From Deltaproteobacteria bacterium (lineage in GTDB: Bacteria > Desulfobacterota > GWC2-55-46 > JADFVP01): a DNA stretch of 64,000 bases. Under the pieces are notes generated by a model. It did not search any database. It was not told where the DNA came from and worked only from the letters and a program-made list of their open reading frames with translations. Made by a program: the position numbers and the translations under genes. The stretch lies in NCBI GenBank assembly GCA_029262515.1, contig JAJCZH010000018.1, forward strand, positions 13,219-77,218, read 5' to 3'. Positions 38,594 to 47,743 of this stretch are shown piece by piece; position 1 is the stretch's first letter, and each line of letters opens with the position of its first letter.

Positions 38594-39331
38594 TTAGCCT
38601 CTGTTTAATCTTTTTCTGATAAGTCCTATACCGATAAGGCCGCTGCCGAGCAGAAGCAGAGTAGAGGGCTCGGGTACCGTATTTTTCGTTATGTTCAGAT
38701 AATCGTTTCCGCAGAGCATTGTCCAGTGCAGTGTCATGCTGTTGATGTTTGTTGACGGGAGGATATTGTAGTTGAAGGCGCCTTCGATAATATACGAGGT
38801 GCCGCCGTCGATGTTGTTGGCCAGATCCAGCCCTGTGCCGTATGAGGCACTGAAGGAGCTTAAGTATGTCGAGTCACCTGTCTCGGTGCCTCTTCTAAAC
38901 GGGGAGGCGACGTAATGCTGCGTAAAAATCGGCAACTCCCAAACGTTGACGCTGTAGAGGTCCAATTGTACTGTATTGCCGCTTACTGCGCCTATCTCGA
39001 GGGCGTACTCGTATACCCCGTCGGAGTTTATATCGATGGCGAGGTCGCCGGGCGTGTAGTGCGTGCCGCCGTAGTCTACCCCGTTGATAAAGTCGAAACC
39101 TGTCTGGAGGCCGAACTCTGTGGTGCCGTCGGACTGAAGTTTTAGACCGAGGTACTCGACATCGAAGTCCTGTTCTCCTCCGCCCGGGTAGGTATAACCG
39201 TCACCGCCTACATAATTGCCGCCCCACTCGCCGAGCCCGAAGCTGCCATTGAGCGTAATAGCCGAGGCCGAACCGGCCAGAGCCAGAGTTGCGATTGTTG
39301 CTGCGGTAATTATGAGTTTTTTCATCTTCAT
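38594..39331 (-). CDS. PEP-CTERM sorting domain protein
   Basis: Signal peptide; HWTMLCGND; VPEPSTLLLLGSGLIGIGLIRKR. Confidence 0.93.
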   Translation of the reverse strand: MKMKKLIITAATIATLALAGSASAITLNGSFGLGEWGGNYVGGDGYTYPGGGEQDFDVEYLGLKLQSDGTTEFGLQTGFDFINGVDYGGTHYTPGDLAIDINSDGVYEYALEIGAVSGNTVQLDLYSVNVWELPIFTQHYVASPFRRGTETGDSTYLSSFSASYGTGLDLANNIDGGTSYIIEGAFNYNILPSTNINSMTLHWTMLCGNDYLNITKNTVPEPSTLLLLGSGLIGIGLIRKRLNRG

Positions 39332-39397
39332 CGGTTTTTCCCCAGTTCTGCTTGCAGTACTCTCTTAACTGTTTAACGTGCTCTGGTTAAGTATATA

Positions 39398-39413
39398 TGC
39401 AAAGGCTGTGCCA
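39398..39413 (-). promoter_or_regulatory. Sigma54 -24/-12 promoter
   Basis: Minus strand TGGCAC-agcct-TTGCA, consensus match, about 65 bp before the PEP-CTERM start. Confidence 0.88.
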
Positions 39414-39523
39414 CTTGGAAAGGGTTATAGCGTGAATATGCGTAACATGCTGTATTTATTTGAATATTCATATGTACGGAGGTCATAGCTTTACCTGTCG
39501 GCAAGGAGCCCGGAGCTGATATG

Positions 39524-39540
39524 TGTAAAAAATTTTTACA
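39524..39540. promoter_or_regulatory. Enhancer box TGT-N11-ACA (PrsR/PEP-CTERM-box type)
   Basis: tgtaaaaaatttttaca about 110 bp upstream of the sigma54 site. Confidence 0.75.
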
Positions 39541-39632
39541 GTAGAGACGGAAAAATTATTAGTAAAAAGGCTATATACGAAAAAAGTCTGTATATACGGA
39601 AGGTTACCTGTTGTTATGATGTTATGGCGGTT

Positions 39633-39649
39633 TGTAAAGGGGGTTGACA
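39633..39649. promoter_or_regulatory. Second TGT-N11-ACA enhancer box
   Basis: tgtaaagggggttgaca. Confidence 0.55.
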
Positions 39650-39959
39650 TACTGTGGAGTAAACTAGTATGCCATGATAAAGTAGGCAGGCGTTAGCGGT
39701 CTAGTCTATTAATACCGTTCTTGTATATAGTAGAATGAGTAGAAAAGTGACTTGACTGTTGTGATACTTAATAAGTATACTTCTGTATTTGAAGTAGTCA
39801 TGAGCAACACGATCGACGAGTGGAGAATCTGTGCCGAGAGTGGTTATACGGTAAAGTAGTTTTTTTCTCTTCTACAGTACTTGATAGGGTGTTGAGAAGA
39901 AAACCTGCAATGTCGATTTTTTTTGTCTGATAATTTTATAATCAATAAGGAGATTTGAT

Positions 39960-40394
39960 GTGTCAAAGGTGTAGAGTGGAGATAAGGTAAAGATACATTA
40001 TTCAGGCTCATTTGACGACGGTACTGTCTTTGACGCCTCAAAAGGGCGCGATCCGCTTGAATTTACCATAGGGGCGCAAGAGGTTATTGCCGGAATGGAG
40101 GCGGCTGTTATCGGAATGAGCCCCGGTGAGACGAAGACCGAGAGGATTTTACCCGAGAATGCGTACGGTGAGTACAACCCGGAGATGGCCGTAAATGTCG
40201 AGAGAAAGCATATACCGGAGGATATGGCGCCAGAGGTCGGGCACCAAGTGAAGATAACGCAGGATGACGGAAGCACGATAGTTGCGCAGATCATCGGTGT
40301 TACCGACGAGCACGTCACGCTTGATGCCAATCACCCGATGGCCGGTAAAGAGCTGATCTTCGAGATAGAGTTGCTGGAGGTAGTCGGCGGGTAG
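39960..40394 (+). pseudogene. FKBP-type peptidyl-prolyl isomerase (SlyD/FkpB-like) with in-frame TAG at codon 5
   Basis: AAGGAG then GTG: MSKV*SGDKVKIHYSGSFDDGTVFDASKGRDPLEFTIG...AYGE...LDANHPMAGKELIFEIEL; TAG at 39972-39974. Confidence 0.75.
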
Positions 40395-40462
40395 TTCTTT
40401 ATTTTATCCTTAAGGGTCGTCACTGTCGCGTAGTACAGTTCGCTGGCCGCATAAAAAAGTTA

Positions 40463-40502
40463 AAAAAAGCGCGTTATACCAACCGGTATAACGCGCTTTT
40501 TT
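40463..40502. terminator. Bidirectional intrinsic terminator
   Basis: aaaaaagcgcgttatacc-aacc-ggtataacgcgctttttt. Confidence 0.88.
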
Positions 40503-40540
40503 ATTACTAAGTAAGGTTTCGCTTTACCCTGAGCAGTTTC

Positions 40541-41050
40541 TCAATCCGAGGCCTTTACCGCTATTATCTCCTTGATCTTCGGGACATGCTTCTTGATAGT
40601 GGTTTTAACACCGTTTTTTAGCGTAAGCTCTGCCGATGGGCAGCCTTTGCAGGCCCCTGTCAGCGTAACCGCAACGCTCATCTCTTCTGCGTCTACGTTT
40701 ACGAGCTCGATATCTCCACCGTCGGCCTGAAGGTACGGGCGTATTTCGGCCATAGCCGCCTCGATGCTCTCTTCAAGCTCCTCTTGCGTCGGGTCCGGAG
40801 TCTTGAGCTTGGTGATAGCCACGCTCCATAACAGAGGGCCCTCTGTCTCATACTGCCAGTCGTAGAGTCCGTTGAACTCGGACTCGAAGTGGTAGAAGAG
40901 CGGCCTCGGGTCGTGGTCGCTCTTGAATCTTACTGTTGACGCTTCCTCAACAGTCTCCCATGCATCAAAGACGAGAGCGTGTCTTTCTCGTACGGGAGAG
41001 TCCGTGAGGTTCAGCTCTATGTCGGTTCCGTTTATCATACCTCTATCCAT
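40541..41050 (-). CDS. DUF2249-like domain fused to NifU C-terminal (Nfu) domain
   Basis: P..ERH..VF..W..SDHDPRPLFYHF..W.Y..EGP..W; IRPYLQADGGDIELV..GACKGCPSA..TLK; start uncertain (41038-41098). Confidence 0.8.
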   Translation of the reverse strand: MDRGMINGTDIELNLTDSPVRERHALVFDAWETVEEASTVRFKSDHDPRPLFYHFESEFNGLYDWQYETEGPLLWSVAITKLKTPDPTQEELEESIEAAMAEIRPYLQADGGDIELVNVDAEEMSVAVTLTGACKGCPSAELTLKNGVKTTIKKHVPKIKEIIAVKASD

Positions 41051-41143
41051 TGTATTGGTTAGTACTTTTGCTTCTAGCTTATAGTTAAAAGATACCATGC
41101 ATACTATCCCAAGTGTACACCTTTTTTTTATTGAAGTCTCGAA

Positions 41144-41186
41144 ACCACACGAGGCCGCCTCATATTATGAGGCGGCCTCGTGTGGT
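41144..41186. terminator. 21-bp perfect inverted repeat after HD-GYP gene
   Basis: accacacgaggccgcctcata-t-tatgaggcggcctcgtgtggt. Confidence 0.65.
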
Positions 41187-41220
41187 ACTGGCTAACTTGA
41201 GCTTGGTGGGGGGGGGTAGC

Positions 41221-42726
41221 TCAAGCTATAATATCGTCTATGTCTATTCCGATGCTCTTCGGGTCTTTTGAGGAGACGACCCATTTCGAGGCGGTATTTT
41301 TCAGGTCTACCTGAAAGGGTTTTTTGAACCTCTTGCCGTTTGCATTGATAAGCATGCTAATCTTCGGCTGCAGGGGGTGTGAGTGGTTGATCGCCTTTAC
41401 TATTGCCATCTCTTTGGTGTTCAGCTCTATGACGGTGCCTATAGGGTAGATACCGAGGCATTTGATTAGCCTCTCTACGAGTATCGGTTCAAACTGTTTT
41501 TCACGCAGCATGTAGATCTTCTGTAGCGCAATATCGGGCAGCATGCCCAACTGGTAGCAGCGTGTGCTGGTCATGGCATCGTAGACGTCGGCCACTGCCG
41601 CAATTCGAGCGAAGATATGGATCCGCTCGCTCTCCTTCATGGCCGGGTACCCGGTGCCGTTGTACTTTTCGTGGTGCTGTGCGACCACGTGCAGGGACGA
41701 CTCCTTTATCTCCGGCATTTCCTTTAGGTACTCAACGCCGAGTAACGGGTGTTTCTTCATCCTGTCGAATTCCTGTTCGGAGAGCGGACCCTTCTTCTTT
41801 AGAATATGTTCGGGCACCAGGGCCTTGCCCACGTCGTGAAGCATTGCGCCGGCACCGAGGTCTCTTAACGCCTCTTTGTTAAAACCCATGCGGCGCGCAA
41901 TCGCAACCGATAGGATACAGACGTTGATGCAGTGGCCGAAGGTGTACTCATCAACGCTCTTTAGCCTTGTAAGGCTTGCAATGGCGTCCTGATTTCTGAA
42001 AGTGGAATCTATGACCGCCTCTACCGTTTGATGTATCTTGGCCGGTTCGATCGCTTTACCCATGCTGACGTTGCTCATAAAGGCGCGCACAAGCTCTTCG
42101 GCGTCGTTTCTTATTGCGGTGGCGGCCTCAATCTCTTTGTCGAATTCGACCAGGTCCTCTATCTCGACCTCTTTGCTGCCGTCGTACTGCTCTGAACCGT
42201 CCTCTTTTTTTGATTCGACAATCCGCGTATGCTCTACTACCGGTGCTACTGCCTGGTTGTCGTGTCCGGCCTCGATATCTACTGCATCTATTGAGAGGAT
42301 TTCCTCGGCGAGCAACTCTTCAACCTCAGGGTCTATTACCTTTTTTTCCGGGTCGCGTTTAGGCACAAGCCCCAGTTTTACTGGTATCTTTTTGTCTGTT
42401 GTTCTACTCTGTTCGGCCTTGGCCTCTGTATTGGTTGCGGTTACTTCCGCGTCGAACTCAGAGAGGTCCGGTTCCGTCTCCATAGGCAGGTCGTTTGACG
42501 ACACCGGGGGCCTTGCCAGCGGTTCATCTACGACGACATAGGCCGCCTGGTATCCGTAACGCTCGAAATCTTCGAGGTCTTTTTTGTTCTTTACGAGAAT
42601 ATTATTCATGAAGAAGAGGCCTTTGTCGGATCCTTCTTTCTGGAACCCGCTGATATACATGCCCTTTTCAAGTTCGTGAATGTCTACCTTTCTGATCATC
42701 CTAAATATTCTCCCATTGAGCGGCAC
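41221..42726 (-). CDS. HD-GYP c-di-GMP phosphodiesterase with DUF3391-like N-terminus
   Basis: L.KGMYI; YTFGHC, LHDVGK, HHEKYNGTGYP, VADVYDAMTS, LGIYPIGT. Confidence 0.9.
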   Translation of the reverse strand: MPLNGRIFRMIRKVDIHELEKGMYISGFQKEGSDKGLFFMNNILVKNKKDLEDFERYGYQAAYVVVDEPLARPPVSSNDLPMETEPDLSEFDAEVTATNTEAKAEQSRTTDKKIPVKLGLVPKRDPEKKVIDPEVEELLAEEILSIDAVDIEAGHDNQAVAPVVEHTRIVESKKEDGSEQYDGSKEVEIEDLVEFDKEIEAATAIRNDAEELVRAFMSNVSMGKAIEPAKIHQTVEAVIDSTFRNQDAIASLTRLKSVDEYTFGHCINVCILSVAIARRMGFNKEALRDLGAGAMLHDVGKALVPEHILKKKGPLSEQEFDRMKKHPLLGVEYLKEMPEIKESSLHVVAQHHEKYNGTGYPAMKESERIHIFARIAAVADVYDAMTSTRCYQLGMLPDIALQKIYMLREKQFEPILVERLIKCLGIYPIGTVIELNTKEMAIVKAINHSHPLQPKISMLINANGKRFKKPFQVDLKNTASKWVVSSKDPKSIGIDIDDIIA

Positions 42727-42798
42727 TCTTTGCCTGCTCTATTCTATAATAAGAGGTTACTTTAGTGGTGTATGTGCGCAGAGGTACCATACCTATAT

Positions 42799-42826
42799 TA
42801 ATCGGTCATAAATCGTTAAAACTTTA
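42799..42826 (-). promoter_or_regulatory. Candidate sigma28 (FliA) promoter of HD-GYP gene
   Basis: Minus strand TAAAGTTT-12 nt-ACCGATTA. Confidence 0.5.
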
Positions 42827-42931
42827 GCTGTAAGTGGGTTGCGCAGAGGTTCTGGAGCCTGTAAGAGGGCTTTTGTAAACTTCTTTTGACAACAGTGGGC
42901 GGGCGATGTTATACGGGTGTAGGGGTAAGAG

Positions 42932-43804
42932 ATGGCAAAGATAATAACGCTGACAACTGATTTCGGCATTAGGGATTCGTATGTGGGTGCGCTCAAGGGG
43001 GCGCTGCTCTCGGTGAACCCGGAGGCTGTTATCGTCGATATATCCCACACAATAGAGCCTGGAAACATTAAAGAGGGCGCTTTTGTTATTGCCGGCGCAT
43101 ACTCTTACTACCCTGTCGGTACGATCCATGTCGGCGTGGTCGACCCCGGGGTCGGAGGGCAGAGAAAGGCGTTGCTGGTAGAGACGGAGAGGCACTTCTT
43201 TGTGGGGCCCGATAACGGTCTTTTCACGTTTGCGCTTGGGCGGGAAAGTATCGTGAGAAGTCTGGAACTGAAGCAGAAAAGGTACTTTAGAGACAAGGTC
43301 AGCTCTACTTTTCATGGCCGCGATATCTTCGCTCCCGTGGCGGCGCACCTGAGCCTCGGTGTTGAGCCTTCGGCCTTCGGCACCAGGCTCGCCTCTTGTA
43401 TCGCACTCGACTCTCCAACGCCAAAATTCACCAACTCTGCTCTTTCAGGCGAGGTTATCTATGGCGAAGTTATCTATATCGATAACTTCGGCAACCTGAT
43501 TACCTCTATAAGAGAAGAGGATTTAACCGCCCGCTTCAAGGGTACTGAAGCAGACCGGTTGAGAGTAGAGGTTAAGGGTGTAGAGATTTTGGGAGTTTGC
43601 AGTACCTATGCAGACCGGGGCAGTGGCGAGGGTGTTGCACTTATCGGCAGCTCCGGTTACCTTGAAGTCGCCATAAACGGCGGCTCAAGTGTCTCTTATT
43701 TAAATATCGGCCTCGGCGAAAAGGTCTCGGTATCCGTATCCGTTGATGGAACTCCTACCAAAAAGAACTTTACCAAGAAAAACTGTAATGGAGGCTTGAA
43801 GTGA
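42932..43804 (+). CDS. SAM hydroxide adenosyltransferase / chlorinase-fluorinase family (DUF62)
   Basis: ITLTTDFG, VVDPGVG, GPDNG, STFHGRDIFAP, IDNFGN, YLEVAIN. Confidence 0.92.
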   Translation: MAKIITLTTDFGIRDSYVGALKGALLSVNPEAVIVDISHTIEPGNIKEGAFVIAGAYSYYPVGTIHVGVVDPGVGGQRKALLVETERHFFVGPDNGLFTFALGRESIVRSLELKQKRYFRDKVSSTFHGRDIFAPVAAHLSLGVEPSAFGTRLASCIALDSPTPKFTNSALSGEVIYGEVIYIDNFGNLITSIREEDLTARFKGTEADRLRVEVKGVEILGVCSTYADRGSGEGVALIGSSGYLEVAINGGSSVSYLNIGLGEKVSVSVSVDGTPTKKNFTKKNCNGGLK

Positions 43805-44250
43805 GGGCGGTTGTCCAGAGGGTTAAGAGCGCCGAGGTGCGGGTATCGGGCACGGTCTGCGGTGCGATTTCCACCGGCCTGCTGCTTTACGTCGGTGTAG
43901 AGGCCGGGGACTCGGAAGAAGATATTGAGTATATCGCTGGTAAAGTTATAGGGCTTCGAATCTTCGGCGACGAAGAGGGCAGAATGAACCTAGATATAAA
44001 GGACGCCCAGGGCGAGTTATTGGTAATCTCGCAGTTTACGCTCTCTGGGGATGTAAGAAAGGGCCGCCGCCCATCATTTGCCGCTGCCGAGCAGCCTGAA
44101 AAGGCGAGGGAGCTGTACGAAGAGCTGGTCGAAAAGATAAGGGTGCAGGGACTTAATGTGGCCACGGGCGAGTTCAGGGCCCATATGGAGGTAGAGTCAA
44201 TAAACGACGGCCCGGTGACGTTGCTTTTAGACAGCCGCAGGCTCTTTTAA
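43801..44250 (+). CDS. dtd: D-aminoacyl-tRNA deacylase
   Basis: RAVVQRV, SQFTL, KGRRPSF, NDGPVT. Confidence 0.97.
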   Translation: MRAVVQRVKSAEVRVSGTVCGAISTGLLLYVGVEAGDSEEDIEYIAGKVIGLRIFGDEEGRMNLDIKDAQGELLVISQFTLSGDVRKGRRPSFAAAEQPEKARELYEELVEKIRVQGLNVATGEFRAHMEVESINDGPVTLLLDSRRLF

Positions 44251-44412
44251 GGGCCCCGGCGGCCCGGCCTGTTTTTTTTGATTTTTCTGCACTATAAGCT
44301 GTATTTGTTAAGAGGAGATACTGAGGTGGCCCACAGAGTTTGGATAGCCGTGTAGTGTGAGCAGTACCACCTTTATATCTGATGTTCCAACCAGCGAACC
44401 AAAAGGCTTGTT

Positions 44413-44832
44413 ATGCACTTTGTGAAAAGCATCGATATAGAGACCGAAGGTTTCTCCGACGTAATAGACGTTACGGAGCGCGCAACCGAGGCAGTAGCAT
44501 CTTCGGGGGTGGTCAACGGCCTGCTTACGCTCTTTGTGCCCGGCTCGACCGCTGCGGTCACTACTATCGAGTTTGAACCCGGCGTAGTTGCCGACCTGAA
44601 AGAGGCGATAGAGAGAGTGGCGCCCGAAGGTTTACGTTACAGCCACGACGCCCGTTGGGGCGACGGCAACGGTTTTTCGCACGTGCGCGCGGCGTTCATG
44701 AAACCTTCGTTGACCGTTCCGATCGTAGACAGGGCCCTTACGCTCGGCACCTGGCAGCAGCTGGTTCTGATCGACTTCGATAACAGGCCGCGAAAGAGGG
44801 CGCTGCTGTTGCAGGTCATCGGCGTTGCTTAA
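44413..44832 (+). CDS. yjbQ: YjbQ/UPF0047 family protein
   Basis: GSTAAVTTIE, YSH..GNGFSH, LGTWQ, DFD..PR.R. Confidence 0.9.
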   Translation: MHFVKSIDIETEGFSDVIDVTERATEAVASSGVVNGLLTLFVPGSTAAVTTIEFEPGVVADLKEAIERVAPEGLRYSHDARWGDGNGFSHVRAAFMKPSLTVPIVDRALTLGTWQQLVLIDFDNRPRKRALLLQVIGVA

Positions 44833-44864
44833 TCTTGTCCGGTTACTTGGCTGAGGTACCTTAA

Positions 44865-45782
44865 GTGAGTAAAAAAATATTCAGGGTCGCGGGGCTCGGG
44901 CAGTGTTCGCTAGATTATCTGACTTCCACCGGGAGTTACCCGAAAGCGGATACAAAGACCGAGGTCTTCGGTTTTTCCGTTCAGGGCGGCGGGCCTGTTG
45001 CAACCGCTCTGGTGACTCTGGCTCGCCTGGGAGTTAAGACGTATTTCAGTGGTGTTGTTTCCGACGACCGTGCAGGTAAAGAGATAAAAGCGGGACTAAA
45101 GAGCGAGGGCGTAGATATCCGCGCCCTGAAGGTGCGCCCCGGCGGGGAGTCGCAAAAGGCCTTTATTGTTGCAGGCACCAGATCGGCTACGCGGAACATC
45201 TTCTGGCAGAGGCCTACCGTAGAGCCGCTCGCCCCTGAAGAGGTCGCAGGAGGTTTTGTAAAGGGTATCGATTTTCTTCTTCTCGACGGGCTTATGCCCG
45301 AGGCCTCTATAACCGCAGCTACTTTGGCCCGTGAGGCCGGGGTTCCGGTAATGCTCGATGCCGGCAGCCTGCGCCCGGGTATGGAGAAACTGATACCTCT
45401 GTGCGACGCTGTAGTGGGCTCGGAGACCTTTGCCAGGGCATACGGGGGTGCCCCGCAAAAGGCCTTAAAGGGGCTTAGAGAAGCGGGAGTTGAGTTGGCA
45501 ACGATAACTCTCGGAGCCGGAGGCTCGGTTACCAGAACGGAAACGGATACGGGATTGAAGAGTTTTACCAGTCCGGCCTTTAAAGTAGATGTAGTTGATA
45601 CGACAGGCGCCGGAGACGTCTTTCACGGAGCTTATATCTACGGGCTTCTAAAAGGATGGGAGATAGAGCCTGTTTTAAAGTTTGCCTCGGCAACGGCAGC
45701 CCTTAAGTGCAAAAAACCGGGCGGGCGGCACGGCATTCCGAGTCTTCGTACTGTGCAGAACTTTTTGCGCCGACATGAGTAA
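44865..45782 (+). CDS. PfkB/ribokinase-family carbohydrate kinase
   Basis: GGGPVATA..LARLG, TLGAGG, VDTTGAGDVFHGA. Confidence 0.92.
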   Translation: MSKKIFRVAGLGQCSLDYLTSTGSYPKADTKTEVFGFSVQGGGPVATALVTLARLGVKTYFSGVVSDDRAGKEIKAGLKSEGVDIRALKVRPGGESQKAFIVAGTRSATRNIFWQRPTVEPLAPEEVAGGFVKGIDFLLLDGLMPEASITAATLAREAGVPVMLDAGSLRPGMEKLIPLCDAVVGSETFARAYGGAPQKALKGLREAGVELATITLGAGGSVTRTETDTGLKSFTSPAFKVDVVDTTGAGDVFHGAYIYGLLKGWEIEPVLKFASATAALKCKKPGGRHGIPSLRTVQNFLRRHE

Positions 45783-45992
45783 AACATGGGTTAGGCAGTT
45801 GAGAAAACCGTGCCTGTTTCTTCCTTTTTTGTCTCTCGGTTGTTGCTCTTTTTCTTAAAACTTCTCCCTAATTCGCCTCAATTCTTCCATTTCCATAAAT
45901 ATTTTTAATATTCAGCTATACTGTAATAGAGCCAATTTAGGTTTTGGACTGCTTTTAATTCTACGGCTCAGAGTTCTCAGGGAGGTCTTGCA

Positions 45993-46670
45993 ATGAAGGT
46001 TAAGCACTTGAAAATTCTAGTTCTTCTTCTCTTTATTGCCGGGGCAACGCTGCTGGTCCGTTTTTCGAGTATCGGCAGTTACCTCACTCCTGATGGAATA
46101 GTCAACTGGATTGAGAGTTTTGGCGCCCTCGGCCCAGTCATATATATAGGCCTTTACAGCGTAGCCCCCAGTTTGATGCTTCCGGGTCTTCCGTTGACAA
46201 TAGTCGGTGCGGTGCTTTTCGGGCCGTTCTGGGGCATCGTATACGTAGCAATAGGGGCTACACTTGGCGCGGCAATCGCCTTTATTATCGCGCGGTTAAT
46301 GGGTCGCGAGTGGGTTGCCGGGGTGCTCAAGGGCCCTGGAATGGTTCGGCTTGCGAAGATCGACTCTCAGGTTAAGTTGAAAGGGTGGAAGGTGGTGGCC
46401 GTAACGCGGCTCATACCGATCTTTCCCTATAACCTGCTCAATTACGCCTTCGGCCTCACCTCCATCAAATTTGCTCACTACTTTATCGCGACCTTCTTCT
46501 GCATGCTTCCGGGAATTACCGCCTATGTACTCTTTTCCAGTTCCGCGCTCGGCCTTTTAAGAGGTGAGTTATCTACTGAGTTTTTTCTCGGCCTGCTCGC
46601 TTTTGTGCTGCTCTTTGCTCTCGCCTTCTTTTATAAGAGGTATAACAGGCGCAGTGTCAGAGAGCAGTAA
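45993..46670 (+). CDS. TVP38/TMEM64 (DedA/VTT) membrane protein
   Basis: PG..LT..G..FG, RLIPIFPYNLLNYAFGLT. Confidence 0.9.
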   Translation: MKVKHLKILVLLLFIAGATLLVRFSSIGSYLTPDGIVNWIESFGALGPVIYIGLYSVAPSLMLPGLPLTIVGAVLFGPFWGIVYVAIGATLGAAIAFIIARLMGREWVAGVLKGPGMVRLAKIDSQVKLKGWKVVAVTRLIPIFPYNLLNYAFGLTSIKFAHYFIATFFCMLPGITAYVLFSSSALGLLRGELSTEFFLGLLAFVLLFALAFFYKRYNRRSVREQ

Positions 46671-46894
46671 CATGTAACTTCTCTTTTTCTCAGTCGTGAT
46701 AACGGTCACAGATAATAACCGATTAAAAAAGTTAAATAAATAGTAAGGGAGTGCCGATATCGATAGTATGACCCCGGTATGGCCTCGACAACTTAATCTT
46801 GCTCTTTTAAACCGAAGGCTGGATTCTTATAACTGGCGTTGGATACAGAAATAAATCTTGACAAAAGTCTGTAAAGGGGATTAAGTTTGCAAAA

Positions 46895-47743
46895 GTGTAT
46901 TATAGAGAAATTATACTGGCGTTTTCTTTAGCGGTATCAATGACGGCCTGTGCTACTGCACCTGCGGGGCCTGGCACTGATATTACCGAGTCTCTTGAGT
47001 TGCGTCTGGCCGAGCAGAAGAAGCAACTAGATGAGGCCAACAACAGAATAGATGAACTGAGTATAAAGTTCTCCTTGCTGCAGGAGAAGCTGGTTTCCGG
47101 TACAGAGACAACGGCAGTTCTTTCAGAGTCAACGAGGCCGCCTGCGCACTTAAAGGTTATCGAATTGAACGGTTCGTCGCTTCCGGTTAAGGTGGTTGAA
47201 GCAGAACCTCAGAAGGTTTTAAAATTTAAGCTCGGTAAAAACATAACACCCTCTGCTTCCACTTTTAAAGTTAGTAAGGGGAAGAAGAGCGACGGGAAGA
47301 GCGTAACAAAGCTGAGCCTGAAAAAGAGCAAGGCCAAAAAACCTCTCGGGCCGAAGGGACTCTACTCCACGGGACAGAATCTTTTTCTTGATGGCAGGTA
47401 TGAAGAGGCGCGTAAGTTTTTCTCTCTTTTTCTGGCCTCGCACCCTTCTCACTCTTTAGCCGATAACGCACTCTATTGGCAGGGAGAAGCATTCTACTCG
47501 GAGAAGCAGTACAAGAGTGCGCTCAATACTTTTCTTAAGGTAATTGAACTCTATCCGAATGAGAATAAAGCGCCTGATGCGCTTTTAAAGGTTGGATACT
47601 CTTATATCGAGCTAGACGATTATGGTAGTGCGAGCCGGGCATTCAAGAGGCTTGCGTCGAGTTACCCTGATTCGGTTGCGGTCTCTAAGGCCGACAGGAT
47701 GCTCAAAAGTCTATTGAAACAAGAAAAGGAAGGGTCGAAATGA
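46895..47743 (+). CDS. cpoB: Tol-Pal system protein YbgF/CpoB
   Basis: Lipobox MTAC, coiled coil, ADNALYWQGE, KAPDALLKVG TPRs. Confidence 0.88.
   Translation: MYYREIILAFSLAVSMTACATAPAGPGTDITESLELRLAEQKKQLDEANNRIDELSIKFSLLQEKLVSGTETTAVLSESTRPPAHLKVIELNGSSLPVKVVEAEPQKVLKFKLGKNITPSASTFKVSKGKKSDGKSVTKLSLKKSKAKKPLGPKGLYSTGQNLFLDGRYEEARKFFSLFLASHPSHSLADNALYWQGEAFYSEKQYKSALNTFLKVIELYPNENKAPDALLKVGYSYIELDDYGSASRAFKRLASSYPDSVAVSKADRMLKSLLKQEKEGSK

Noticed and set aside
39972..39974. Genome-wide TAG reassignment
   Set aside because: Many conserved genes here (gspK, nirK, typA, topA, uvrB, hemA) end at TAG at their expected C-termini
42932..43804. Possible fluorinase/chlorinase natural-product gene
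   Set aside because: Retains the HGRD motif and housekeeping context (dtd) typical of DUF62 SAM hydrolases; no biosynthetic cluster nearby
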